Shown here piece after piece: positions 1 through 15,000 of a stretch of DNA of 64,000 nucleotides. Both the position numbers and the translations under genes were made by a program. The DNA comes from Yuukianura sp. NJ FZ-2021 (Eukaryota). The stretch spans positions 11,222,001 through 11,286,000 of the forward strand of contig CM102290.1 in NCBI GenBank assembly GCA_046563655.1, given 5' to 3'. The notes under the pieces were generated by a model, which was given only the letters and a program-made list of their open reading frames with translations, was not told where the DNA came from and did no database searches. Each line of letters begins with the position of its first letter. The stretch's first letter is position 1.

Positions 1-3000
1 CCAAATTCCAAAAAGTTAAAAGTTTAGTAGGAAAATCACTCTTTCTAAATAGCATAATTCCAAATTCCAAAAAGTTAAAAGTTTAGTAGGAAAATCACTC
101 TTTCTAAATAGCATAATTCCAAATTCCAAAAAGTTAAAAGTTTAGTAGGAAAATCACTCTTTCTAAATGACATAATTCCAAATTCCAAAAAGTTAAAAGT
201 TTAGTAGGAAAATCACTCTTTCTAAATAGCATAATTCCAAATTCCAAAAAGTTAAAAGTTTAGTAGGAAAATCACTCTTTCTAAATAGCATAATTCCAAA
301 TTCCAAAAAGTTAAAAGTTTAGTAGGAAAATCACTCTTTCTAAATAGCATAATTCCAAATTCCAAAAAGTTAAAAGTTTAGTAGGAAAATCACTCTTTCT
401 AAATGACATAATTCCAAATTCCAAAAAGTTAAAAGTTTAGTAGGAAAATCACTCTTTCTAAATAGCATAATTCCAAATTCCAAAAAGTTAAAAGTTTAGT
501 AGGAAAATCACTCTTTCTAAATAGCATAATTCCAAATTCCAAAAAGTTAAAAGTTTAGTAGGAAAATCACTCTTTCTAAATAGCATAATTCCAAATTCCA
601 AAAAGTTAAAAGTTTAGTAGGAAAATCACTCTTTCTAAATAGCATAATTCCAAATTCCAAAAAGTTAAAAGTTTAGTAGGAAAATCACTCTTTCTAAATA
701 GCATAATTCCAAATTCCAAAAAGTTAAAAGTTTAGTAGGAAAATCACTCTTTCTAAATAGCATAATTCCAAATTCCAAAAAGTTAAAAGTTTAGTAGGAA
801 AATCACTCTTTCTAAATAGCATAATTCCAAATTCCAAAAAGTTAAAAGTTTAGTAGGAAAATCACTCTTTCTAAATAGCATAATTCCAAATTCCAAAAAG
901 TTAAAAGTTTAGTAGGAAAATCACTCTTTCTAAATAGCATAATTCCAAATTCCAAAAAGTTAAAAGTTTAGTAGGAAAATCACTCTTTCTAAATAGCATA
1001 ATTCCAAATTCCAAAAAGTTAAAAGTTTAGTAGGAAAATCACTCTTTCTAAATAGCATAATTCCAAATTCCAAAAAGTTAAAAGTTTAGTAGGAAAATCA
1101 CTCTTTCTAAATAGCATAATTCCAAATTCCAAAAAGTTAAAAGTTTAGTAGGAAAATCACTCTTTCTAAATAGCATAATTCCAAATTCCAAAAAGTTAAA
1201 AGTTTAGTAGGAAAATCACTCTTTCTAAATAGCATAATTCCAAATTCCAAAAAGTTAAAAGTTTAGTAGGAAAATCACTCTTTCTAAATAGCATAATTCC
1301 AAATTCCAAAAAGTTAAAAGTTTAGTAGGAAAATCACTCTTTCTAAATAGCATAATTCCAAATTCCAAAAAGTTAAAAGTTTAGTAGGAAAATCACTCTT
1401 TCTAAATAGCATAATTCCAAATTCCAAAAAGTTAAAAGTTTAGTAGGAAAATCACTCTTTCTAAATAGCATAATTCCAAATTCCAAAAAGTTAAAAGTTT
1501 AGTAGGAAAATCACTCTTTCTAAATGACATAATTCCAAATTCCAAAAAGTTAAAAGTTTAGTAGGAAAATCACTCTTTCTAAATAGCATAATTCCAAATT
1601 CCAAAAAGTTAAAAGTTTAGTAGGAAAATCACTCTTTCTAAATGACATAATTCCAAATTCCAAAAAGTTAAAAGTTTAGTAGGAAAATCACTCTTTCTAA
1701 ATGACATAATTCCAAATTCCAAAAAGTTAAAAGTTTAGTAGGAAAATCACTCTTTCTAAATAGCATAATTCCAAATTCCAAAAAGTTAAAAGTTTAGTAG
1801 GAAAATCACTCTTTCTAAATAGCATAATTCCAAATTCCAAAAAGTTAAAAGTTTAGTAGGAAAATCACTCTTTCTAAATAGCATAATTCCAAATTCCAAA
1901 AAGTTAAAAGTTTAGTAGGAAAATCACTCTTTCTAAATGACATAATTCCAAATTCCAAAAAGTTAAAAGTTTAGTAGGAAAATCACTCTTTCTAAATAGC
2001 ATAATTCCAAATTCCAAAAAGTTAAAAGTTTAGTAGGAAAATCACTCTTTCTAAATAGCATAATTCCAAATTCCAAAAAGTTAAAAGTTTAGTAGGAAAA
2101 TCACTCTTTCTAAATAGCATAATTCCAAATTCCAAAAAGTTAAAAGTTTAGTAGGAAAATCACTCTTTCTAAATGACATAATTCCAAATTCCAAAAAGTT
2201 AAAAGTTTAGTAGGAAAATCACTCTTTCTAAATGACATAATTCCAAATTCCAAAAAGTTAAAAGTTTAGTAGGAAAATCACTCTTTCTAAATGACATAAT
2301 TCCAAATTCCAAAAAGTTAAAAGTTTAGTAGGAAAATCACTCTTTCTAAATAGCATAATTCCAAATTCCAAAAAGTTAAAAGTTTAGTAGGAAAATCACT
2401 CTTTCTAAATAGCATAATTCCAAATTCCAAAAAGTTAAAAGTTTAGTAGGAAAATCACTCTTTCTAAATGACATAATTCCAAATTCCAAAAAGTTAAAAG
2501 TTTAGTAGGAAAATCACTCTTTCTAAATAGCATAATTCCAAATTCCAAAAAGTTAAAAGTTTAGTAGGAAAATCACTCTTTCTAAATAGCATAATTCCAA
2601 ATTCCAAAAAGTTAAAAGTTTAGTAGGAAAATCACTCTTTCTAAATAGCATAATTCCAAATTCCAAAAAGTTAAAAGTTTAGTAGGAAAATCACTCTTTC
2701 TAAATGACATAATTCCAAATTCCAAAAAGTTAAAAGTTTAGTAGGAAAATCACTCTTTCTAAATAGCATAATTCCAAATTCCAAAAAGTTAAAAGTTTAG
2801 TAGGAAAATCACTCTTTCTAAATAGCATAATTCCAAATTCCAAAAAGTTAAAAGTTTAGTAGGAAAATCACTCTTTCTAAATAGCATAATTCCAAATTCC
2901 AAAAAGTTAAAAGTTTAGTAGGAAAATCACTCTTTCTAAATAGCATAATTCCAAATTCCAAAAAGTTAAAAGTTTAGTAGGAAAATCACTCTTTCTAAAT

Positions 3001-6000
3001 AGCATAATTCCAAATTCCAAAAAGTTAAAAGTTTAGTAGGAAAATCACTCTTTCTAAATAGCATAATTCCAAATTCCAAAAAGTTAAAAGTTTAGTAGGA
3101 AAATCACTCTTTCTAAATGACATAATTCCAAATTCCAAAAAGTTAAAAGTTTAGTAGGAAAATCACTCTTTCTAAATAGCATAATTCCAAATTCCAAAAA
3201 GTTAAAAGTTTAGTAGGAAAATCACTCTTTCTAAATAGCATAATTCCAAATTCCAAAAAGTTAAAAGTTTAGTAGGAAAATCACTCTTTCTAAATAGCAT
3301 AATTCCAAATTCCAAAAAGTTAAAAGTTTAGTAGGAAAATCACTCTTTCTAAATAGCATAATTCCAAATTCCAAAAAGTTAAAAGTTTAGTAGGAAAATC
3401 ACTCTTTCTAAATAGCATAATTCCAAATTCCAAAAAGTTAAAAGTTTAGTAGGAAAATCACTCTTTCTAAATAGCATAATTCCAAATTCCAAAAAGTTAA
3501 AAGTTTAGTAGGAAAATCACTCTTTCTAAATAGCATAATTCCAAATTCCAAAAAGTTAAAAGTTTAGTAGGAAAATCACTCTTTCTAAATAGCATAATTC
3601 CAAATTCCAAAAAGTTAAAAGTTTAGTAGGAAAATCACTCTTTCTAAATAGCATAATTCCAAATTCCAAAAAGTTAAAAGTTTAGTAGGAAAATCACTCT
3701 TTCTAAATAGCATAATTCCAAATTCCAAAAAGTTAAAAGTTTAGTAGGAAAATCACTCTTTCTAAATAGCATAATTCCAAATTCCAAAAAGTTAAAAGTT
3801 TAGTAGGAAAATCACTCTTTCTAAATGACATAATTCCAAATTCCAAAAAGTTAAAAGTTTAGTAGGAAAATCACTCTTTCTAAATGACATAATTCCAAAT
3901 TCCAAAAAGTTAAAAGTTTAGTAGGAAAATCACTCTTTCTAAATAGCATAATTCCAAATTCCAAAAAGTTAAAAGTTTAGTAGGAAAATCACTCTTTCTA
4001 AATAGCATAATTCCAAATTCCAAAAAGTTAAAAGTTTAGTAGGAAAATCACTCTTTCTAAATAGCATAATTCCAAATTCCAAAAAGTTAAAAGTTTAGTA
4101 GGAAAATCACTCTTTCTAAATAGCATAATTCCAAATTCCAAAAAGTTAAAAGTTTAGTAGGAAAATCACTCTTTCTAAATAGCATAATTCCAAATTCCAA
4201 AAAGTTAAAAGTTTAGTAGGAAAATCACTCTTTCTAAATAGCATAATTCCAAATTCCAAAAAGTTAAAAGTTTAGTAGGAAAATCACTCTTTCTAAATAG
4301 CATAATTCCAAATTCCAAAAAGTTAAAAGTTTAGTAGGAAAATCACTCTTTCTAAATAGCATAATTCCAAATTCCAAAAAGTTAAAAGTTTAGTAGGAAA
4401 ATCACTCTTTCTAAATGACATAATTCCAAATTCCAAAAAGTTAAAAGTTTAGTAGGAAAATCACTCTTTCTAAATAGCATAATTCCAAATTCCAAAAAGT
4501 TAAAAGTTTAGTAGGAAAATCACTCTTTCTAAATAAAATAGCATAATTCCAAATTCCAAAAAGTTAAAAGTTTAGTAGGAAAATCACTCTTTCTAAATAG
4601 CATAATTCCAAATTCCAAAAAGTTAAAAGTTTAGTAGGAAAATCACTCTTTCTAAATAGCATAATTCCAAATTCCAAAAAGTTAAAAGTTTAGTAGGAAA
4701 ATCACTCTTTCTAAATAGCATAATTCCAAATTCCAAAAAGTTAAAAGTTTAGTAGGAAAATCACTCTTTCTAAATAGCATAATTCCAAATTCCAAAAAGT
4801 TAAAAGTTTAGTAGGAAAATCACTCTTTCTAAATAGCATAATTCCAAATTCCAAAAAGTTAAAAGTTTAGTAGGAAAATCACTCTTTCTAAATAGCATAA
4901 TTCCAAATTCCAAAAAGTTAAAAGTTTAGTAGGAAAATCACTCTTTCTAAATAGCATAATTCCAAATTCCAAAAAGTTAAAAGTTTAGTAGGAAAATCAC
5001 TCTTTCTAAATAGCATAATTCCAAATTCCAAAAAGTTAAAAGTTTAGTAGGAAAATCACTCTTTCTAAATAGCATAATTCCAAATTCCAAAAAGTTAAAA
5101 GTTTAGTAGGAAAATCACTCTTTCTAAATAGCATAATTCCAAATTCCAAAAAGTTAAAAGTTTAGTAGGAAAATCACTCTTTCTAAATAGCATAATTCCA
5201 AATTCCAAAAAGTTAAAAGTTTAGTAGGAAAATCACTCTTTCTAAATAGCATAATTCCAAATTCCAAAAAGTTAAAAGTTTAGTAGGAAAATCACTCTTT
5301 CTAAATAGCATAATTCCAAATTCCAAAAAGTTAAAAGTTTAGTAGGAAAATCACTCTTTCTAAATAGCATAATTCCAAATTCCAAAAAGTTAAAAGTTTA
5401 GTAGGAAAATCACTCTTTCTAAATGACATAATTCCAAATTCCAAAAAGTTAAAAGTTTAGTAGGAAAATCACTCTTTCTAAATAGCATAATTCCAAATTC
5501 CAAAAAGTTAAAAGTTTAGTAGGAAAATCACTCTTTCTAAATAGCATAATTCCAAATTCCAAAAAGTTAAAAGTTTAGTAGGAAAATCACTCTTTCTAAA
5601 TAGCATAATTCCAAATTCCAAAAAGTTAAAAGTTTAGTAGGAAAATCACTCTTTCTAAATAGCATAATTCCAAATTCCAAAAAGTTAAAAGTTTAGTAGG
5701 AAAATCACTCTTTCTAAATAGCATAATTCCAAATTCCAAAAAGTTAAAAGTTTAGTAGGAAAATCACTCTTTCTAAATAGCATAATTCCAAATTCCAAAA
5801 AGTTAAAAGTTTAGTAGGAAAATCACTCTTTCTAAATAGCATAATTCCAAATTCCAAAAAGTTAAAAGTTTAGTAGGAAAATCACTCTTTCTAAATAGCA
5901 TAATTCCAAATTCCAAAAAGTTAAAAGTTTAGTAGGAAAATCACTCTTTCTAAATAGCATAATTCCAAATTCCAAAAAGTTAAAAGTTTAGTAGGAAAAT

Positions 6001-9000
6001 CACTCTTTCTAAATAGCATAATTCCAAATTCCAAAAAGTTAAAAGTTTAGTAGGAAAATCACTCTTTCTAAATAGCATAATTCCAAATTCCAAAAAGTTA
6101 AAAGTTTAGTAGGAAAATCACTCTTTCTAAATAGCATAATTCCAAATTCCAAAAAGTTAAAAGTTTAGTAGGAAAATCACTCTTTCTAAATAGCATAATT
6201 CCAAATTCCAAAAAGTTAAAAGTTTAGTAGGAAAATCACTCTTTCTAAATAGCATAATTCCAAATTCCAAAAAGTTAAAAGTTTAGTAGGAAAATCACTC
6301 TTTCTAAATAGCATAATTCCAAATTCCAAAAAGTTAAAAGTTTAGTAGGAAAATCACTCTTTCTAAATAGCATAATTCCAAATTCCAAAAAGTTAAAAGT
6401 TTAGTAGGAAAATCACTCTTTCTAAATAGCATAATTCCAAATTCCAAAAAGTTAAAAGTTTAGTAGGAAAATCACTCTTTCTAAATAGCATAATTCCAAA
6501 TTCCAAAAAGTTAAAAGTTTAGTAGGAAAATCACTCTTTCTAAATAGCATAATTCCAAATTCCAAAAAGTTAAAAGTTTAGTAGGAAAATCACTCTTTCT
6601 AAATAGCATAATTCCAAATTCCAAAAAGTTAAAAGTTTAGTAGGAAAATCACTCTTTCTAAATAGCATAATTCCAAATTCCAAAAAGTTAAAAGTTTAGT
6701 AGGAAAATCACTCTTTCTAAATAGCATAATTCCAAATTCCAAAAAGTTAAAAGTTTAGTAGGAAAATCACTCTTTCTAAATAGCATAATTCCAAATTCCA
6801 AAAAGTTAAAAGTTTAGTAGGAAAATCACTCTTTCTAAATGACATAATTCCAAATTCCAAAAAGTTAAAAGTTTAGTAGGAAAATCACTCTTTCTAAATA
6901 GCATAATTCCAAATTCCAAAAAGTTAAAAGTTTAGTAGGAAAATCACTCTTTCTAAATAGCATAATTCCAAATTCCAAAAAGTTAAAAGTTTAGTAGGAA
7001 AATCACTCTTTCTAAATAGCATAATTCCAAATTCCAAAAAGTTAAAAGTTTAGTAGGAAAATCACTCTTTCTAAATAGCATAATTCCAAATTCCAAAAAG
7101 TTAAAAGTTTAGTAGGAAAATCACTCTTTCTAAATAGCATAATTCCAAATTCCAAAAAGTTAAAAGTTTAGTAGGAAAATCACTCTTTCTAAATAGCATA
7201 ATTCCAAATTCCAAAAAGTTAAAAGTTTAGTAGGAAAATCACTCTTTCTAAATAGCATAATTCCAAATTCCAAAAAGTTAAAAGTTTAGTAGGAAAATCA
7301 CTCTTTCTAAATAGCATAATTCCAAATTCCAAAAAGTTAAAAGTTTAGTAGGAAAATCACTCTTTCTAAATAGCATAATTCCAAATTCCAAAAAGTTAAA
7401 AGTTTAGTAGGAAAATCACTCTTTCTAAATAGCATAATTCCAAATTCCAAAAAGTTAAAAGTTTAGTAGGAAAATCACTCTTTCTAAATAGCATAATTCC
7501 AAATTCCAAAAAGTTAAAAGTTTAGTAGGAAAATCACTCTTTCTAAATAGCATAATTCCAAATTCCAAAAAGTTAAAAGTTTAGTAGGAAAATCACTCTT
7601 TCTAAATAGCATAATTCCAAATTCCAAAAAGTTAAAAGTTTAGTAGGAAAATCACTCTTTCTAAATAGCATAATTCCAAATTCCAAAAAGTTAAAAGTTT
7701 AGTAGGAAAATCACTCTTTCTAAATAGCATAATTCCAAATTCCAAAAAGTTAAAAGTTTAGTAGGAAAATCACTCTTTCTAAATAGCATAATTCCAAATT
7801 CCAAAAAGTTAAAAGTTTAGTAGGAAAATCACTCTTTCTAAATAGCATAATTCCAAATTCCAAAAAGTTAAAAGTTTAGTAGGAAAATCACTCTTTCTAA
7901 ATAGCATAATTCCAAATTCCAAAAAGTTAAAAGTTTAGTAGGAAAATCACTCTTTCTAAATAGCATAATTCCAAATTCCAAAAAGTTAAAAGTTTAGTAG
8001 GAAAATCACTCTTTCTAAATAGCATAATTCCAAATTCCAAAAAGTTAAAAGTTTAGTAGGAAAATCACTCTTTCTAAATAGCATAATTCCAAATTCCAAA
8101 AAGTTAAAAGTTTAGTAGGAAAATCACTCTTTCTAAATAGCATAATTCCAAATTCCAAAAAGTTAAAAGTTTAGTAGGAAAATCACTCTTTCTAAATAGC
8201 ATAATTCCAAATTCCAAAAAGTTAAAAGTTTAGTAGGAAAATCACTCTTTCTAAATAGCATAATTCCAAATTCCAAAAAGTTAAAAGTTTAGTAGGAAAA
8301 TCACTCTTTCTAAATAGCATAATTCCAAATTCCAAAAAGTTAAAAGTTTAGTAGGAAAATCACTCTTTCTAAATAGCATAATTCCAAATTCCAAAAAGTT
8401 AAAAGTTTAGTAGGAAAATCACTCTTTCTAAATAGCATAATTCCAAATTCCAAAAAGTTAAAAGTTTAGTAGGAAAATCACTCTTTCTAAATAGCATAAT
8501 TCCAAATTCCAAAAAGTTAAAAGTTTAGTAGGAAAATCACTCTTTCTAAATAGCATAATTCCAAATTCCAAAAAGTTAAAAGTTTAGTAGGAAAATCACT
8601 CTTTCTAAATAGCATAATTCCAAATTCCAAAAAGTTAAAAGTTTAGTAGGAAAATCACTCTTTCTAAATAGCATAATTCCAAATTCCAAAAAGTTAAAAG
8701 TTTAGTAGGAAAATCACTCTTTCTAAATAGCATAATTCCAAATTCCAAAAAGTTAAAAGTTTAGTAGGAAAATCACTCTTTCTAAATAGCATAATTCCAA
8801 ATTCCAAAAAGTTAAAAGTTTAGTAGGAAAATCACTCTTTCTAAATAGCATAATTCCAAATTCCAAAAAGTTAAAAGTTTAGTAGGAAAATCACTCTTTC
8901 TAAATAGCATAATTCCAAATTCCAAAAAGTTAAAAGTTTAGTAGGAAAATCACTCTTTCTAAATGACATAATTCCAAATTCCAAAAAGTTAAAAGTTTAG

Positions 9001-12000
9001 TAGGAAAATCACTCTTTCTAAATAGCATAATTCCAAATTCCAAAAAGTTAAAAGTTTAGTAGGAAAATCACTCTTTCTAAATAGCATAATTCCAAATTCC
9101 AAAAAGTTAAAAGTTTAGTAGGAAAATCACTCTTTCTAAATAGCATAATTCCAAATTCCAAAAAGTTAAAAGTTTAGTAGGAAAATCACTCTTTCTAAAT
9201 AGCATAATTCCAAATTCCAAAAAGTTAAAAGTTTAGTAGGAAAATCACTCTTTCTAAATAGCATAATTCCAAATTCCAAAAAGTTAAAAGTTTAGTAGGA
9301 AAATCACTCTTTCTAAATGACATAATTCCAAATTCCAAAAAGTTAAAAGTTTAGTAGGAAAATCACTCTTTCTAAATAGCATAATTCCAAATTCCAAAAA
9401 GTTAAAAGTTTAGTAGGAAAATCACTCTTTCTAAATAGCATAATTCCAATTTCCAAAAAGTTAAAAGTTTAGTAGGAAAATCACTCTTTCTAAATGCATA
9501 ATTCCAAATTCCAAAAAGTTAAAAGTTTAGTAGGAAAATCACTCTTTTTAAATGACGTAATTCCAAATTCCAAAACGTTAAAAGTTTAGTAGGAAAATCA
9601 CTCTTTCTAAATAGCATAATTCCAAATTCCAAAAAGTTAAAAGTTTAGTAGGAAAATCACTCTTTCTAAATAGCATAATTCCAAATTCCAAAAAGTTAAA
9701 AGTTTAGTAGGAAAATCACTCTTTCTAAATAGCATAATTCCAAATTCCAAAAAGTTAAAAGTTTAGTAGGAAAATCACTCTTTCTAAATAGCATAATTCC
9801 AAATTCCAAAAAGTTAAAAGTTTAGTAGGAAAATCACTCTTTCTAAATAGCATAATTCCAAATTCCAAAAAGTTAAAAGTTTAGTAGGAAAATCACTCTT
9901 TCTAAATAGCATAATTCCAAATTCCAAAAAGTTAAAAGTTTAGTAGGAAAATCACTCTTTCTAAATAGCATAATTCCAAATTCCAAAAAGTTAAAAGTTT
10001 AGTAGGAAAATCACTCTTTCTAAATAGCATAATTCCAAATTCCAAAAAGTTAAAAGTTTAGTAGGAAAATCACTCTTTCTAAATAGCATAATTCCAAATT
10101 CCAAAAAGTTAAAAGTTTAGTAGGAAAATCACTCTTTCTAAATAGCATAATTCCAAATTCCAAAAAGTTAAAAGTTTAGTAGGAAAATCACTCTTTCTAA
10201 ATGACATAATTCCAAATTCCAAAAAGTTAAAAGTTTAGTAGGAAAATCACTCTTTCTAAATAGCATAATTCCAAATTCCAAAAAGTTAAAAGTTTAGTAG
10301 GAAAATCACTCTTTCTAAATAGCATAATTCCAAATTCCAAAAAGTTAAAAGTTTAGTAGGAAAATCACTCTTTCTAAATAGCATAATTCCAAATTCCAAA
10401 AAGTTAAAAGTTTAGTAGGAAAATCACTCTTTCTAAATAGCATAATTCCAAATTCCAAAAAGTTAAAAGTTTAGTAGGAAAATCACTCTTTCTAAATAGC
10501 ATAATTCCAAATTCCAAAAAGTTAAAAGTTTAGTAGGAAAATCACTCTTTCTAAATAGCATAATTCCAAATTCCAAAAAGTTAAAAGTTTAGTAGGAAAA
10601 TCACTCTTTCTAAATAGCATAATTCCAAATTCCAAAAAGTTAAAAGTTTAGTAGGAAAATCACTCTTTCTAAATAGCATAATTCCAAATTCCAAAAAGTT
10701 AAAAGTTTAGTAGGAAAATCACTCTTTCTAAATGACATAATTCCAAATTCCAAAAAGTTAAAAGTTTAGTAGGAAAATCACTCTTTCTAAATAGCATAAT
10801 TCCAAATTCCAAAAAGTTAAAAGTTTAGTAGGAAAATCACTCTTTCTAAATGACATAATTCCAAATTCCAAAAAGTTAAAAGTTTAGTAGGAAAATCACT
10901 CTTTCTAAATAGCATAATTCCAAATTCCAAAAAGTTAAAAGTTTAGTAGGAAAATCACTCTTTCTAAATAGCATAATTCCAAATTCCAAAAAGTTAAAAG
11001 TTTAGTAGGAAAATCACTCTTTCTAAATAGCATAATTCCAAATTCCAAAAAGTTAAAAGTTTAGTAGGAAAATCACTCTTTCTAAATAGCATAATTCCAA
11101 ATTCCAAAAAGTTAAAAGTTTAGTAGGAAAATCACTCTTTCTAAATAGCATAATTCCAAATTCCAAAAAGTTAAAAGTTTAGTAGGAAAATCACTCTTTC
11201 TAAATAGCATAATTCCAAATTCCAAAAAGTTAAAAGTTTAGTAGGAAAATCACTCTTTCTAAATAGCATAATTCCAAATTCCAAAAAGTTAAAAGTTTAG
11301 TAGGAAAATCACTCTTTCTAAATGACATAATTCCAAATTCCAAAAAGTTAAAAGTTTAGTAGGAAAATCACTCTTTCTAAATAGCATAATTCCAAATTCC
11401 AAAAAGTTAAAAGTTTAGTAGGAAAATCACTCTTTCTAAATAGCATAATTCCAAATTCCAAAAAGTTAAAAGTTTAGTAGGAAAATCACTCTTTCTAAAT
11501 AGCATAATTCCAAATTCCAAAAAGTTAAAAGTTTAGTAGGAAAATCACTCTTTCTAAATAGCATAATTCCAAATTCCAAAAAGTTAAAAGTTTAGTAGGA
11601 AAATCACTCTTTCTAAATAGCATAATTCCAAATTCCAAAAAGTTAAAAGTTTAGTAGGAAAATCACTCTTTCTAAATAGCATAATTCCAAATTCCAAAAA
11701 GTTAAAAGTTTAGTAGGAAAATCACTCTTTCTAAATAGCATAATTCCAAATTCCAAAAAGTTAAAAGTTTAGTAGGAAAATCACTCTTTCTAAATAGCAT
11801 AATTCCAAATTCCAAAAAGTTAAAAGTTTAGTAGGAAAATCACTCTTTCTAAATAGCATAATTCCAAATTCCAAAAAGTTAAAAGTTTAGTAGGAAAATC
11901 ACTCTTTCTAAATAGCATAATTCCAAATTCCAAAAAGTTAAAAGTTTAGTAGGAAAATCACTCTTTCTAAATAGCATAATTCCAAATTCCAAAAAGTTAA

Positions 12001-15000
12001 AAGTTTAGTAGGAAAATCACTCTTTCTAAATAGCATAATTCCAAATTCCAAAAAGTTAAAAGTTTAGTAGGAAAATCACTCTTTCTAAATAGCATAATTC
12101 CAAATTCCAAAAAGTTAAAAGTTTAGTAGGAAAATCACTCTTTCTAAATAGCATAATTCCAAATTCCAAAAAGTTAAAAGTTTAGTAGGAAAATCACTCT
12201 TTCTAAATAGCATAATTCCAAATTCCAAAAAGTTAAAAGTTTAGTAGGAAAATCACTCTTTCTAAATAGCATAATTCCAAATTCCAAAAAGTTAAAAGTT
12301 TAGTAGGAAAATCACTCTTTCTAAATAGCATAATTCCAAATTCCAAAAAGTTAAAAGTTTAGTAGGAAAATCACTCTTTCTAAATAGCATAATTCCAAAT
12401 TCCAAAAAGTTAAAAGTTTAGTAGGAAAATCACTCTTTCTAAATAGCATAATTCCAAATTCCAAAAAGTTAAAAGTTTAGTAGGAAAATCACTCTTTCTA
12501 AATAGCATAATTCCAAATTCCAAAAAGTTAAAAGTTTAGTAGGAAAATCACTCTTTCTAAAAAGCATAATTCCAAATTCCAAAAAGTTAAAAGTTTAGTA
12601 GGAAAATCACTCTTTCTAAATAGCATAATTCCAAATTCCAAAAAGTTAAAAGTTTAGTAGGAAAATCACTCTTTCTAAATAGCATAATTCCAAATTCCAA
12701 AAAGTTAAAAGTTTAGTAGGAAAATCACTCTTTCTAAATAGCATAATTCCAAATTCCAAAAAGTTAAAAGTTTAGTAGGAAAATCACTCTTTCTAAATAG
12801 CATAATTCCAAATTCCAAAAAGTTAAAAGTTTAGTAGGAAAATCACTCTTTCTAAATAGCATAATTCCAAATTCCAAAAAGTTAAAAGTTTAGTAGGAAA
12901 ATCACTCTTTCTAAATAGCATAATTCCAAATTCCAAAAAGTTAAAAGTTTAGTAGGAAAATCACTCTTTCTAAATAGCATAATTCCAAATTCCAAAAAGT
13001 TAAAAGTTTAGTAGGAAAATCACTCTTTCTAAATAGCATAATTCCAAATTCCAAAAAGTTAAAAGTTTAGTAGGAAAATCACTCTTTCTAAATAGCATAA
13101 TTCCAAATTCCAAAAAGTTAAAAGTTTAGTAGGAAAATCACTCTTTCTAAATAGCATAATTCCAAATTCCAAAAAGTTAAAAGTTTAGTAGGAAAATCAC
13201 TCTTTCTAAATAGCATAATTCCAAATTCCAAAAAGTTAAAAGTTTAGTAGGAAAATCACTCTTTCTAAATAGCATAATTCCAAATTCCAAAAAGTTAAAA
13301 GTTTAGTAGGAAAATCACTCTTTCTAAATAGCATAATTCCAAATTCCAAAAAGTTAAAAGTTTAGTAGGAAAATCACTCTTTCTAAAAAGCATAATTCCA
13401 AATTCCAAAAAGTTAAAAGTTTAGTGTAGGAAAATCACTCTTTCTAAAAAGCATAATTCCAAATTCCAAAAAGTTAAAAGTTTAGTAGGAAAATCACTCT
13501 TTCTAAATAGCATAATTCCAAATTCCAAAAAGTTAAAAGTTTAGTAGGAAAATCACTCTTTCTAAATAGCATAATTCCAAATTCCAAAAAGTTAAAAGTT
13601 TAGTAGGAAAATCACTCTTTCTAAATAGCATAATTCCAAATTCCAAAAAGTTAAAAGTTTAGTAGGAAAATCACTCTTTCTAAATAGCATAATTCCAAAT
13701 TCCAAAAAGTTAAAAGTTTAGTAGGAAAATCACTCTTTCTAAATAGCATAATTCCAAATTCCAAAAAGTTAAAAGTTTAGTAGGAAAATCACTCTTTCTA
13801 AATAAAATAGCATAATTCCAAATTCCAAAAAGTTAAAAGTTTAGTAGGAAAATCACTCTTTCTAAATAGCATAATTCCAAATTCCAAAAAGTTAAAAGTT
13901 TAGTAGGAAAATCACTCTTTCTAAATGACATAATTCCAAATTCCAAAAAGTTAAAAGTTTAGTAGGAAAATCACTCTTTCTAAATAGCATAATTCCAAAT
14001 TCCAAAAAGTTAAAAGTTTAGTAGGAAAATCACTCTTTCTAAATAGCATAATTCCAAATTCCAAAAAGTTAAAAGTTTAGTAGGAAAATCACTCTTTCTA
14101 AATAGCATAATTCCAAATTCCAAAAAGTTAAAAGTTTAGTAGGAAAATCACTCTTTCTAAATAGCATAATTCCAAATTCCAAAAAGTTAAAAGTTTAGTA
14201 GGAAAATCACTCTTTCTAAATAGCATAATTCCAAATTCCAAAAAGTTAAAAGTTTAGTAGGAAAATCACTCTTTCTAAATAGCATAATTCCAAATTCCAA
14301 AAAGTTAAAAGTTTAGTAGGAAAATCACTCTTTCTAAATAGCATAATTCCAAATTCCAAAAAGTTAAAAGTTTAGTAGGAAAATCACTCTTTCTAAATAG
14401 CATAATTCCAAATTCCAAAAAGTTAAAAGTTTAGTAGGAAAATCACTCTTTCTAAATAGCATAATTCCAAATTCCAAAAAGTTAAAAGTTTAGTAGGAAA
14501 ATCACTCTTTCTAAATAGCATAATTCCAAATTCCAAAAAGTTAAAAGTTTAGTAGGAAAATCACTCTTTCTAAATAGCATAATTCCAAATTCCAAAAAGT
14601 TAAAAGTTTAGTAGGAAAATCACTCTTTCTAAATAGCATAATTCCAAATTCCAAAAAGTTAAAAGTTTAGTAGGAAAATCACTCTTTCTAAATAGCATAA
14701 TTCCAAATTCCAAAAAGTTAAAAGTTTAGTAGGAAAATCACTCTTTCTAAATAGCATAATTCCAAATTCCAAAAAGTTAAAAGTTTAGTAGGAAAATCAC
14801 TCTTTCTAAATAGCATAATTCCAAATTCCAAAAAGTTAAAAGTTTAGTAGGAAAATCACTCTTTCTAAATAGCATAATTCCAAATTCCAAAAAGTTAAAA
14901 GTTTAGTAGGAAAATCACTCTTTCTAAATAGCATAATTCCAAATTCCAAAAAGTTAAAAGTTTAGTAGGAAAATCACTCTTTCTAAATAGCATAATTCCA

